DNA from: Candidatus Eiseniibacteriota bacterium | Lineage (GTDB): Bacteria > Eisenbacteria > RBG-16-71-46 | DNA length: 64,000 nt | Assembly: GCA_020847735.1 (NCBI GenBank) | Contig: JADLBL010000023.1 | Location: 144,495 to 208,494, forward strand | Direction of reading: 5' to 3' | In this document: positions 27,523-36,932 of the stretch, one piece after another | Position numbering within the stretch: the stretch's first letter is position 1 | Layout: each line of letters opens with the position of its first letter | Translations under genes and position numbers: made by a program | The notes under the pieces: model-generated | Database searches by the model: none | What the model was told of the DNA's origin: nothing | What the model saw: only the letters and a program-made list of their open reading frames with translations

Positions 27523-29838
27523 GTGCGGACGGCGCTCGCGCTGGCGGTCCTGTTCGGGTTCGCGGTCGCCGCGCCCGCCGGGGCGGCGAGTCCGTTCGCG
27601 GACTGGGACGGGTTCTGGAGCGCGTTCACGCGATGGTCCCCCGACTCGCTCAGGATCGCGGACGTGCACGACCTGCGCATCGAGCGCGACGCGGGCACGC
27701 TCGTGCTCGAGGAGGGCCGCCTCGCGCTGGCGGAGCCGTTCGGCGGGCGCGACGTCGCGGCCGTGTTCACCGGCCGGGGCTCGTTCCGCTTCGCTCCCGG
27801 GCCCGAGGGCGAGCGCCAGCAGCTGCGGCGCTTTTACGGGGACACGCTGGTGCGCCGCTCGTTCGAGCGGCTGGTGCTGATCGTCGCCGACACGACGATG
27901 GCCGAACTCGCTCCGGCGCTGCGCCTGCGGACCGACACGCTCGGCCTGCTGCGCCGCGCCTGGCTGGCCGCGTTTCCCTACCTGACGGTGGCGAAGCTCG
28001 AGTACGCGCGTCCGCTGCCGGTGACGCAGATGCTGCTCGATGGCGCCGACAACGGTCTCTTCTGGGCGCTGATGACCGACCGGCGCAACGAGGACCCGCT
28101 GATCTTCTCGCTCGTGCCCGACTACACCGAGCGCGTGGTGCTCGAGCGGCGCCCGGTCGGCGACCGCGCGGGTCCGCTGGTGCGCCGCTACAACACCGAG
28201 CTCGTCAGCTCGTTCCCCTCGCGGGGCGACCCCGACACGACGCGCCGCGACCGGCGACCGGCGTACGAAGCCGTTCACTACGCGATGGACGTGACGGTCG
28301 CCACCGACCTGCGGTGCGACGTGATCGCGGACCTCGACCTGCTCGCGCACGACCGGCCGCGCGCCTGGATCGGGCTCGAGTTGCCCGAGCCGCTGACCGT
28401 GGACGAGGTCACGCTCGCCGGCCGGACGCAGCGGTTCTTCGAGGAGGACGGCAACCCGATGGTCTGGGTCCGACTCGACCGCGCGATCGCGGCCGATTCC
28501 ATCGCGACTCTGCGGGTGCGCTACCACGGACGGCTGTTCGAGCGCGAGTCGGACTGGGCGATTCCGCGCTTCTCGAGCTCCTGGTACCCGCGCCCCTGGT
28601 ACGGGGCGGACGCGACCTGGGACCTGACGTACCACTCGCCGCGCGAGATCCAGCTGATCTCGGCGGGCGAGCGCACGTCGCTGCGGGACGACGGCACGAC
28701 GCTGCACACCACCTGGCGCCTGCGCCTGCCGGTTCCGTGGGCTTCCTTCGACGTGAACTTCCTGCGCGGCACGAAGGTGGTGGACGATTCGTTGCCGCCC
28801 CTCACGGTGTGGCTGCGCCACGTCGAGGGAGCCGGCCAGGTGCGGACCGAGACGCTGCCGGCGCTGGCGGAGGCGAAGGATTACGACGGGCAGGTCGCCT
28901 TCGACGTCGCGCTCGCGTTCAGGTTCTTCCAGCGCCAGTTCGGTCCGCCGCTCGCGCCGGAGTTCAACGCCGTGGAGACGCCGCTGGATCGTTACGAGAG
29001 CTACCCGGGACTCGTGCACATGATGCGCCGTGGCGCGCCCCGTCCGCCCGGGGCGGAGTTCTCGCCCGAGGTCGTGCGTGCTCACGAGGTGTCGCACCAG
29101 TGGTTCGGTCTGGCGCTCGCGCCGGCGACCTACCACGACGCCTGGCTGCGCGAGGGCTTCGCCAACTTCTGCAGCCTCTGGTACCTGCAGGAAGTCCGGC
29201 ACGACGCGAAGGACTACGACGCGATTCTCGCGACCTGGCGGGACCAGTTGCTGTCGAACCGCCGCTACGTGCTCGGCAGGGGCGTCGAGGCGGGCCCCGT
29301 CTGGCTGGGCACGCGCACGTACACCAGCGCGACCCCCGAGGACTACCGCCTCGTCGTCTACCAGAAGGGCGCGTGGGTCCTGCACATGCTGCGGAACTAT
29401 CTGTACGACGCGACCGACCTCGACGACCGGCGCTTCGCCGGCATGCTGAAGGATTTCTACACGCGCTTCGCGGGGCGCAGGGCCACGACCCGGGACTTCC
29501 GCGACGCCGTCGAACGTGCGGTCGGAGAGGACATGGGCTGGTTCTTCGACCAGTGGGTTTACGGGACCGACGTGCCCGTCTGCCGGTTCACCTGGAAGGC
29601 GGAACCCGCGGGCGGGGCGTGGAGGGTCGCCGGCCGCATCGAGCGGCGTGGCGTGCCCGCGTCGTTCCGCTTCCCGGTGTTCGTGCGCGCCGACTACCGC
29701 GACGGCAGGTTCGTGCGCCAGCGGGTCTGGGTCCGCGGGCCCGTGACCGAGTTCGAGATGCCGCCCGTACCGGCGAAGCCCGTGCGGGTCGTCTTCAACG
29801 ACCGCCAGTCCGTGCTCTGCGAAACGGTACGGCGCTGA
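27523..29838 (+). CDS. Secreted M1-family (gluzincin) metallopeptidase paralog B (tandem duplicate)
   Basis: GTG start 18 nt after the paralog A stop. The signal peptide is VRTALALAVLFGFAVAAPAGA. The protein is colinear with paralog A and has the same HEVSHQWFG...WLREGFA motif. The listed long ORF 25099..29838 is this gene plus out-of-frame read-through. Confidence 0.78.
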   Translation: MRTALALAVLFGFAVAAPAGAASPFADWDGFWSAFTRWSPDSLRIADVHDLRIERDAGTLVLEEGRLALAEPFGGRDVAAVFTGRGSFRFAPGPEGERQQLRRFYGDTLVRRSFERLVLIVADTTMAELAPALRLRTDTLGLLRRAWLAAFPYLTVAKLEYARPLPVTQMLLDGADNGLFWALMTDRRNEDPLIFSLVPDYTERVVLERRPVGDRAGPLVRRYNTELVSSFPSRGDPDTTRRDRRPAYEAVHYAMDVTVATDLRCDVIADLDLLAHDRPRAWIGLELPEPLTVDEVTLAGRTQRFFEEDGNPMVWVRLDRAIAADSIATLRVRYHGRLFERESDWAIPRFSSSWYPRPWYGADATWDLTYHSPREIQLISAGERTSLRDDGTTLHTTWRLRLPVPWASFDVNFLRGTKVVDDSLPPLTVWLRHVEGAGQVRTETLPALAEAKDYDGQVAFDVALAFRFFQRQFGPPLAPEFNAVETPLDRYESYPGLVHMMRRGAPRPPGAEFSPEVVRAHEVSHQWFGLALAPATYHDAWLREGFANFCSLWYLQEVRHDAKDYDAILATWRDQLLSNRRYVLGRGVEAGPVWLGTRTYTSATPEDYRLVVYQKGAWVLHMLRNYLYDATDLDDRRFAGMLKDFYTRFAGRRATTRDFRDAVERAVGEDMGWFFDQWVYGTDVPVCRFTWKAEPAGGAWRVAGRIERRGVPASFRFPVFVRADYRDGRFVRQRVWVRGPVTEFEMPPVPAKPVRVVFNDRQSVLCETVRR

Positions 29839-29847
29839 CGCGCCGCG

Positions 29848-32800
29848 CTAACGGGCGAGCACGAAGCGCCGGGTGAACGTGCGCCCGCCGGCGCTCATGC
29901 GCACGAAGTAGAGCCCCGCGCCGAGCGTCGCGCGTCCGCCGTTGCGCCAGGCGAGCGAGTGCCAGCCGGAGGCGCGGTCCTCGTCGGCCAGCACCAGCAC
30001 CTCGCGACCCTGCACGTCGAGGACGCTCAGGCGCACGTGCGCCGGCTCGGGCAGGGCGAACGCGAACGTTCCGCCCGCGCGCATCGGGTTCGGATACGCC
30101 GGCGCGAGGGCGAACGCCGTCGCGGGGCCGCGATCCACTCCGGTCGTCGCGAGGATCGCGAACACCGCGTCGCTCGTGTCGGCGGCCGAGTTGCCGGCCG
30201 CATCGTGGGCGACGACGCGCAGCAGCGCCGTCGAGGTGTACGGCGTCGTCGCCGACCAGGCGTACGAGCCCGTGTTGGGGATTCCGCTCGCGATCGGGTC
30301 GAACGGACCGTCCGCTCCCGCGCGCGACAGCAGCAGGTCCACGGCCGTGACGCCGACGTTGTCGGACGCGTTCCATGCGAGGTTCGTGTTCGCGCCCGCG
30401 ATCAGCACCTCGCCGCCGTTCGGGGACGTCACCGAGACGACGGGGGCGACGACGTCGGTCGAGGCGATCCCGCCGACCGCGAACTCGCCGAACGAGCCGA
30501 GCCCGGTGGCCTGCGTGCTCGTCGCGGTGCGCGTTCCGGTCGCGGGGGCGTCCCACGCGAGCCCGCTCCAACGACGGACCTCGAACTGGGCCGGCACGGC
30601 GCCCGCGTCGAGGTCGGAAGCGGCGAAGGAGAACGTCGCGTCGCCCGCAGCGAACGACGGTGAGCCGTCGGGCACCAGGGACCACCAGCGGTTCGCGTCC
30701 GCGGCGGGATCGAGGCCCGAACCGCCGATCTCCGGGTGCTCGCCGCCCACGCTGCGGGCGACGAGACCGAATGGACCCGCGGCGCCGGTCACCGAGACGC
30801 TGACGGGCGCGTAGGTGGTGGCGTCGCCGACGTCGTACACGCGCGTCGCGCTGCCCGCCGGGAACTGGCGGCGCAACCGGCCCGCGACCCAGCCGGTACC
30901 CGCGCCGGCGCCCGTCACGCTGCCGGTGTTCGAGATCGCCATCGTCGTCGCACCGGCGTCGAGCACGCCGGCGGCGAACGCCAGCGGCCCCGCGACCGTC
31001 CAGTCGGTGAGCAGGTTCACGCCGCTGGAATTGTTGACCGCGAGGGTCGCGTTGGGCGTGTTGCCGAACGAGCCGAGGACGTTGACCGTCTGCGGCGCCG
31101 CGCCCGCGAGCACGACCGTCGGCGTGCCCGAGGCGGGACTGACGTTGAGCGCCGCCCCGGCGTTGACGCGGATTCCGCCCCGGATCGAACCGCCGCCGGC
31201 GAGGTTCAGGTTCAGCGTGCCCTTCGAGACGATCAGGCTGTCCAGGTTGAACGCCAGCGTTCCGGTGACGTTCGTGGCGCCGCTGTAGTTGTATTCGAAG
31301 TCCGCGTAGGTGCGGCCGGTCATCGCCAGCGTGAGCGGGCCGTCCACGCGGTAGCGGCTGCCGCCCTGGAAGATCACGACCGAGTTCGGCGGACTCACGC
31401 CGAACGGATTGGCGCCCGAGGCCTGCGCGAACAGCGAGCCGTTCTGGAACAGCACCGAGTTGACGCTGCTGCCCGAGGCGCCGGTGCCGAACAGGCTGCC
31501 GGTGAACGCCGTGCCGATGGTCACGCTCGCGCCGCCGGTGAACACCAGCGCGCCCGGCGACGCCGCGAGAATGCGGTGCGAGGCGTTCCAGACGCGGATG
31601 CTGCCGCCGACGATGCCGGTCGCGGCCGCGCCCAGCATCAGGCTCAGCTCGCTGCTGCCGTCGAGCACCAGGCGCGAGCCCGCCGGGATGTCGAGGTCGG
31701 GGCCGGCGCGGCCGGAGATCGTGAGCGCCGTGACCGTGCCGCAGCGCAGCGCGACGGTGGAGTTGTTCGTGATCTGCAGCCGGCCGATGGTCTGGGTCGG
31801 CACGCTGGTGACCAGGACGGAATCGCCGCCGGAGAACACGAGCATGTCGTTGGCCGACGGATCGGTGCGCGGTGGAGTCCAGTTCGTCGCGACCGTCCAG
31901 TCGCCGGCGCCCGTCTGGTTCCAGGTGTAGACGCGCTCCGAAAACACCGCGGTGATGTCGGTGGGGCCGTCCACCTCGACACCGACCGGGTTCTGCGTCG
32001 AGACGAAGTCGCCGGTCCAGCCGTCGAACGACCAGCCCACCGCGGGCGTCGCGGTGAGCGTCACCGAACTCCCGGCCGGGTAGGCGGCCAGGTCGGGCGC
32101 GCGCGCCACCGTGCCGGATCCCGAGTAGGTGATGTTCAGCGGGTAGGTCGCGGGCGCGAACGTCGCGGCGATCGTCTGGTTCGCGTGCACGGGCGGGAAC
32201 GCGAAGTTCGTCACCGCGCCGACCGAGCCGCCGTTGACGAGCACGTCGGCGACCATGGAGCCGGCGTCGGGCACGATCGCGTAGGACGGCGTCGCGCCGT
32301 CGCCCACCCCGATCGTTCCCGCGGGACTGATCGCACCGTTGACGCCGGCACTCGCCGTCACGGTCCAGCCCGCGATCGTGAAGTTCGCCTGGCTCGAGTC
32401 GGCGCCGAGATTGCCGCCGCCGTCGTGCGCCACGACGCGGACACGCGCGCTGGCGCTCGGAAGGCCGGAAACGGTCCACGCGTACGAGCCCGTGTTGGGC
32501 ACGCCGGTGGCGATCGAATCGGGGAACGTCGCGCCGCCGTTGACCGACCAGGCGATGTCCACCGCCGTGACGCCGATGTCGTCGCCCGCGCTCCAGGTGA
32601 CGTTGTGCGACGAACCGATGGCCCAGCTCTCGCCGCCCACGGGTGAGGTGAGCGTGACGGTCGGCGCCTGCGTGTCGGCGGCGCCGCTGGTGGTGAAGAC
32701 CTGCGGGTTCGAGGTTCCGCCCGCCGGCGATCCGGTGAAGACCGTGACCGCGTGGGTGCCCGCGGCCGCGACGTCCGATCCCGGGATCGAGGCGGTGAGC

Positions 32801-34896
32801 TGCGAGGCCGAGACCCAGGTGGTCGGACGGTCGGCGCCGTCCCAGCGCACGAGCGAGCACTTCGTGAAGCCGGCGCCGTTCACCGTGAGCGTGAACGCGC
32901 CCGAGCCGGCGAGGCGGCCGTTGGGCGTGAGCGCGGTCGTGATGGGAGCGTCGTGCGGCGCGCTGACGAGGAAGACGTTGCCCGCCGACGTCTGCGTGTT
33001 CGCCAGGTCCACGCGCAGGTCGTCGTCGGCGATCCGCTGCTGCGAGTTTCCGCCGCTGCCCGCGATCGCGCTCACCGCCGCGCCGCCCGCGGGCGGAGTC
33101 ACGAACACGTCGTAGGTGCCCGACTCGAGCCAGCCGAAGTTGTAGGCGCCGCCGGCGCCGGTCGTGGTCGTCGCGACCGTGGCCGATCCCTGCTTGAGCG
33201 TCAGCACCGCGCCCGCGAGGGGCGTGCGGTCGCCGGAAGTGAGCGTGTCGCCGTCGCAGTCGTCGTGCACGAAGCCCGCCACCTGCCCGTAGTGGAAGGT
33301 CAGCCGGTTGATCCAGGTTCCGAACAGGTTCGTGCCGCGCGTGTACTGGCCGGCGTACCAGGCGACCGCGGCCCCGGGTCCGGTGAGCGTCGCGTCCAGG
33401 TCCATGCCCGTGTAGTCGCCCCAGCGCGTGGTCAGGTTCGGGGCGAGGCCAGAACGCAGCAGCACGCTCGGCTGCAGGGTCGCGTCGGTGCGGCGCCGTC
33501 CGGTCGCGTACGAGGAAGGGTATTCGTTCCCGCTCGAGCGGTCGTAGCCGAGGAAGACCGTTCCCACGGAGTCCACCGTCACGGCCGGGAAGTAAAGGTG
33601 CATGCCGCTCGCCGCGTAGGTCTCGTCGGTGAGCACCGCGCGGTCGCCGGTGCGGAGCTGGAAGAGCCGCAGCGCGCCCACGAACCCGCCGAGCGTGATG
33701 CCGGTGCTCCACGCGCAGGTCAGGACGCCGTTGCGAACGTAGAAGTCACCCGGACGGCAGTCGTTGGTCGGCACGAGCGCGGTGGTGCCCTTCTGCTCCG
33801 CCGGCGGCGCCGGCGAGTACGGGCTGACGGGCACGCGCTCGCCCGCCGAGAGCGTCGGCGCCGCGGGCGAGCCGGTGATCGTGCGGTAGGTGACGTTGCT
33901 GCCGCCCAGCACGCGGATGCACAGCAGGTGGAGCGTGTTGTCGCCGGGGGTGAGGTTGCGCGCCGCCTTGGTGACGAACAGGTCGTTCTCGTCACCGCCC
34001 GGAGGCGGAGCGAAGTTCGCGAAGTCCACGTACGACAGTGTCTGGCCCGCGTAGGCGGCGGCGCGGTCGAGGACGCGGATCTTCTGGTACTGGTAGGCGC
34101 CGCCGACGAACGCGAACATCTGCGCGGTCATCGCGATCTTGTCGCCGCTCACGCCGAGCGAATGGTAGTCGGCCCAGTTGCCGGTCTGCGTCGTGCCGTC
34201 CTTCGTCATGTCGAACTTGTAGAGCCACCACTGTCCGCGCGCGTCGTTCGTCTTGCTGATCGCGAGATAGAAGTTGGACCAGTTCGAGCCGAGCGTGAAC
34301 GCCAGAGCCACGAACCGCCCGTTCACCGCGTCGTAGTAGCACTGTCCGTCCGAGATCGATCCCTCGCCGGGGGTGACGCCGAAGAAGGTCGTGCCCAGCG
34401 TCTCGACGCGGTTCGAGCCGTCCTTGTTGGTGACCGTCACGCTGACGTTGCCGAGCGTGAAGACGTTGAGTGGCCCCGCTCCGACGGTGGGCTCGCCGGG
34501 GATGTAGCCCGCCTGCGAGATTCCCTCGAAGCCGTTGCCCGCGACCGGCGCGAGCGGCTCGGCGCCCGGGCGGGCGCGCAGGCCCGCGACGCCGGCGTTG
34601 CGGTCGAGCGTGAACGTCCGCAGGTCTTCCGGGAGGATGAGCGGGGGGGCGCTCTTGAGCCGTTCCAGCTCGCGGTCGTGCCCGGGGTCGAGGCCGCGCG
34701 GTCGCGGGACGTTGCGCACGAAGCCCTCGCCGGGAAGCCGCTGCGGCAGGGAGCTGAAGGTGAAGGTGCGGGGAACGACCGGCTCGCCGCTCGAGCGAAC
34801 GCCGCCCGCGCGCCACGTGCGTGCGGAAGCGGGGGAGGCGAGGAGCGGGACGCCGATCAGCAGTCCGAGAGCGACGAGAGCGAGTGGTCGGATCAT
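29848..34896 (-). CDS. Giant cell-surface protein (1682 aa) with a T9SS-type C-terminal sorting domain: unassigned N-terminal region, Cna-B-like domain, Ig/FN3-like repeats, beta-helix region
   Basis: Signal peptide MIRPLALVALGLLIGVPLLASPASA. Repeated Ig-like modules (VTLTSPVGGESW...NTGSYAWTV...VRVVAHDGGGN, seen twice), a Gly/Ser/Thr-rich parallel-beta-helix-like segment, and a C-terminal tail YPNPMRAGGTFAFALPEPAHVRLSVLDVQGREVLVL...GLYFVRMSAGGRTFTRRFVLAR matching the Por/T9SS CTD pattern. Confidence 0.8.
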   Translation of the reverse strand: MIRPLALVALGLLIGVPLLASPASARTWRAGGVRSSGEPVVPRTFTFSSLPQRLPGEGFVRNVPRPRGLDPGHDRELERLKSAPPLILPEDLRTFTLDRNAGVAGLRARPGAEPLAPVAGNGFEGISQAGYIPGEPTVGAGPLNVFTLGNVSVTVTNKDGSNRVETLGTTFFGVTPGEGSISDGQCYYDAVNGRFVALAFTLGSNWSNFYLAISKTNDARGQWWLYKFDMTKDGTTQTGNWADYHSLGVSGDKIAMTAQMFAFVGGAYQYQKIRVLDRAAAYAGQTLSYVDFANFAPPPGGDENDLFVTKAARNLTPGDNTLHLLCIRVLGGSNVTYRTITGSPAAPTLSAGERVPVSPYSPAPPAEQKGTTALVPTNDCRPGDFYVRNGVLTCAWSTGITLGGFVGALRLFQLRTGDRAVLTDETYAASGMHLYFPAVTVDSVGTVFLGYDRSSGNEYPSSYATGRRRTDATLQPSVLLRSGLAPNLTTRWGDYTGMDLDATLTGPGAAVAWYAGQYTRGTNLFGTWINRLTFHYGQVAGFVHDDCDGDTLTSGDRTPLAGAVLTLKQGSATVATTTTGAGGAYNFGWLESGTYDVFVTPPAGGAAVSAIAGSGGNSQQRIADDDLRVDLANTQTSAGNVFLVSAPHDAPITTALTPNGRLAGSGAFTLTVNGAGFTKCSLVRWDGADRPTTWVSASQLTASIPGSDVAAAGTHAVTVFTGSPAGGTSNPQVFTTSGAADTQAPTVTLTSPVGGESWAIGSSHNVTWSAGDDIGVTAVDIAWSVNGGATFPDSIATGVPNTGSYAWTVSGLPSASARVRVVAHDGGGNLGADSSQANFTIAGWTVTASAGVNGAISPAGTIGVGDGATPSYAIVPDAGSMVADVLVNGGSVGAVTNFAFPPVHANQTIAATFAPATYPLNITYSGSGTVARAPDLAAYPAGSSVTLTATPAVGWSFDGWTGDFVSTQNPVGVEVDGPTDITAVFSERVYTWNQTGAGDWTVATNWTPPRTDPSANDMLVFSGGDSVLVTSVPTQTIGRLQITNNSTVALRCGTVTALTISGRAGPDLDIPAGSRLVLDGSSELSLMLGAAATGIVGGSIRVWNASHRILAASPGALVFTGGASVTIGTAFTGSLFGTGASGSSVNSVLFQNGSLFAQASGANPFGVSPPNSVVIFQGGSRYRVDGPLTLAMTGRTYADFEYNYSGATNVTGTLAFNLDSLIVSKGTLNLNLAGGGSIRGGIRVNAGAALNVSPASGTPTVVLAGAAPQTVNVLGSFGNTPNATLAVNNSSGVNLLTDWTVAGPLAFAAGVLDAGATTMAISNTGSVTGAGAGTGWVAGRLRRQFPAGSATRVYDVGDATTYAPVSVSVTGAAGPFGLVARSVGGEHPEIGGSGLDPAADANRWWSLVPDGSPSFAAGDATFSFAASDLDAGAVPAQFEVRRWSGLAWDAPATGTRTATSTQATGLGSFGEFAVGGIASTDVVAPVVSVTSPNGGEVLIAGANTNLAWNASDNVGVTAVDLLLSRAGADGPFDPIASGIPNTGSYAWSATTPYTSTALLRVVAHDAAGNSAADTSDAVFAILATTGVDRGPATAFALAPAYPNPMRAGGTFAFALPEPAHVRLSVLDVQGREVLVLADEDRASGWHSLAWRNGGRATLGAGLYFVRMSAGGRTFTRRFVLAR

Positions 34897-35215
34897 GGTG
34901 GCGGACTCAGGACGTTCGGGTCGTGAAGATCGGGTCGCGGTGCCGGTCGGACGAAGCGGACTCCCGTACCTGCCGCGGGTGCCGGAGCCTCGGCACCGGT
35001 AACGGAGCGCAAGGTTCGTTCCGCCCCGCGGTCGCCCGCAAGAGGCGCCGGAAGCGTATCGCGCCGGGCGGCCTCAGGTCACGGGCAACCTTGCGCCCAT
35101 GCAAATCGCAACGTCGCGCGGGGGCGGGACCGGCGGCCGCGCCGGCGCGGGCGTGCTTTCGTGCCGGGCGGGCGTCGGCGACCGACCGGCCCGGCAGCCG
35201 GCATTCGCGGCGGCG

Positions 35216-36325
35216 TCAGTCGCCGAAGCGTATGCCCAGGTCGCGCGCGGCCTGCATCGTGTCGCAATCGAGCGGGACGACCTTCATGCGGCGGATCACC
35301 GCCTCGAGCGGTTCGTAGCGCACCGTCGGCGGCGCGAGCGAAACCATCACCGACGACAGGCCGGCTTCGAGCGCGCGCACCGCCGCCGTGCCGAAGCGCA
35401 GCGCCACCAGCCGGTCGAACGAAGTCGGCGATCCGCCGCGCAGCAGGTGCCCGAGCACGACGGTGCGCGATTCGCGCCCGGTCAGCTCCTGCAGCCGGGC
35501 CGCGACCTTCTCGCCGACGCCGCCCAGGCGTTCGGCCTGGCCGACGGCCTTGTCGCGCACCGACACCGCGCCCCCGACCGGTTTCGCTCCCTCGGCGACC
35601 ACGACGAGCGCGTACTCGTTGCCGTTCTGTTCGCGATCGCGCACGGCCTGCGCGACCTTCTCGATGTCGTACGCGATCTCGGGAATGAGGATGGCGTGCG
35701 CGTTGCCGGCGATGCCGGCGTGCAGCGCGATCCAGCCGGCGTAGCGGCCCATGACCTCGACGACCATGATCCGGCGATGCGAGGTCGCCGTGGCGTGCAG
35801 CCGATCGAGGCACTCGGTCGCGAACGAAACCGCCGAGTCGAAGCCGAAGGTCATGAACGTGCGGTCGAGATCGTTGTCAATCGTCTTGGGAACACCGACG
35901 ACCCGCAGCCCGAGGCCGGCGAGGCGGTGGCCGATCGCCAGCGAGCCGTCGCCGCCGACCGTGACGAGCGCGTCGAACCCGGCGGCCCGGAACTTGCCGA
36001 TCAGTTCCGCGCAGCGGTCCACCTCGCTCCACGAGCCGTCGGGGTTACGCACCGGGAAGGACAGCGGGTTGCCGCGGTTGGTCGTGCCGAGCGTCGTGCC
36101 GCCCTGGTGCATGATGCCCGAGACGCGCTGGCGCGTGAGCCGCACGAGGCCGCCGTCGGGGAACGCCTCCGGATCGAGCAGGCCGTTGTAGCCGTCGCGG
36201 ATGCCCCAGACCTCCCAGCCGCGCTTGAGCGCCGATACGGTGACGGCGCGAATCACCGCGTTCAGCCCCGGCGCGTCGCCGCCGCCGGTGCTGATGGCGA
36301 TCTTGCGAATCGGCTGTGCGGACAT
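35216..36325 (-). CDS. pfkA: 6-phosphofructokinase
   Basis: PFK family motifs IAISTGGGDAPGLNAVIRAV, VTVGGDGSLA, GVPKTIDNDL and MGRYAGWIAL. Confidence 0.88.
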   Translation of the reverse strand: MSAQPIRKIAISTGGGDAPGLNAVIRAVTVSALKRGWEVWGIRDGYNGLLDPEAFPDGGLVRLTRQRVSGIMHQGGTTLGTTNRGNPLSFPVRNPDGSWSEVDRCAELIGKFRAAGFDALVTVGGDGSLAIGHRLAGLGLRVVGVPKTIDNDLDRTFMTFGFDSAVSFATECLDRLHATATSHRRIMVVEVMGRYAGWIALHAGIAGNAHAILIPEIAYDIEKVAQAVRDREQNGNEYALVVVAEGAKPVGGAVSVRDKAVGQAERLGGVGEKVAARLQELTGRESRTVVLGHLLRGGSPTSFDRLVALRFGTAAVRALEAGLSSVMVSLAPPTVRYEPLEAVIRRMKVVPLDCDTMQAARDLGIRFGD

Positions 36326-36346
36326 GCGGCCGGCGGCCTCCGGGCC

Positions 36347-36667
36347 TCAGGCCCTGGGCTTCGTCACGTCGCGCACCCAGGCGAGGCCGGTCATGGCGCG
36401 CGGAAAGCCGAGCGTCGTGATCGCGAGCAGCGCGACGTGCTCGAGTTGCTGGTCGGTCGCGCCCGCCGCCCGCGCGCGGCGGGCGTGGGAATGCGCGGCG
36501 CCCTCGGCTCCCGCACCCATCGCGATGCCGAGCTTGACCAGCTCCGCCGTCCGCTCGTCGAGCGGGCCGGCCTTCTTCGCGGCCTCGCTCAGGGCGTTGT
36601 ACTTCGCCGCGACGTCGGGGTACGCGGCGCGGAAGTCCTCGAAGAACTTCGGAATCTTCTGGCTCAT
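36347..36667 (-). CDS. Carboxymuconolactone decarboxylase (CMD)/AhpD-like family protein
   Basis: 106-aa CMD-domain-like protein (DERTAELVKLGIAMGAGAEGAAHSHARRA). It sits 21 nt upstream of pfkA on the same strand. Confidence 0.6.
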   Translation of the reverse strand: MSQKIPKFFEDFRAAYPDVAAKYNALSEAAKKAGPLDERTAELVKLGIAMGAGAEGAAHSHARRARAAGATDQQLEHVALLAITTLGFPRAMTGLAWVRDVTKPRA

Positions 36668-36710
36668 CGCTTCCTCACTCGGGAGCGCCCGCCGCCGCGG
36701 GTCCCATGGC

Positions 36711-36932
36711 TCAGCCCCGGCGTGTCGCCGCGCCGGGTTTCGGCCGCGGCGCGCGGAGGCCTCCGATCAGGCCCCAGTCGGACTTCTGTTTCTCCGCCGT
36801 CGCGCACGCCGGGCAGTCGCCGCACAGCGGGCTCGGACGCGCCTTGCGGTGAACGCGCTTCCAGACGAGGAAGACCGCGGCTCCGAGAACGAGGACCGCG
36901 ACGGCGATGTTCTGCAGCGTTTCGTTGCTCAT
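36711..36932 (-). CDS. FeoB-associated Cys-rich small membrane protein (FeoC-position gene)
   Basis: 73 aa with a single TM helix (NIAVAVLVLGAAVFLVW) followed by a CGDCPAC cluster. Its start overlaps the feoB stop, suggesting translational coupling. Confidence 0.6.
   Translation of the reverse strand: MSNETLQNIAVAVLVLGAAVFLVWKRVHRKARPSPLCGDCPACATAEKQKSDWGLIGGLRAPRPKPGAATRRG

Noticed and set aside
25099-29876. 1579-aa ORF 25099..29838(+), plus 25121..27445(-), 27340..29385(-), 27633..29876(+)
   Set aside because: The 1579-aa ORF is M1 paralog B preceded by out-of-frame read-through across paralog A. The others are antisense or alternate-frame shadows.
29795-34926. 1305-aa minus ORF 29795..33712 and plus ORFs 30736..32646 and 32752..34926 inside the giant surface-protein gene
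   Set aside because: The alternative frame of the same region lacks the signal peptide and domain repeats that the 29848..34896 frame has.
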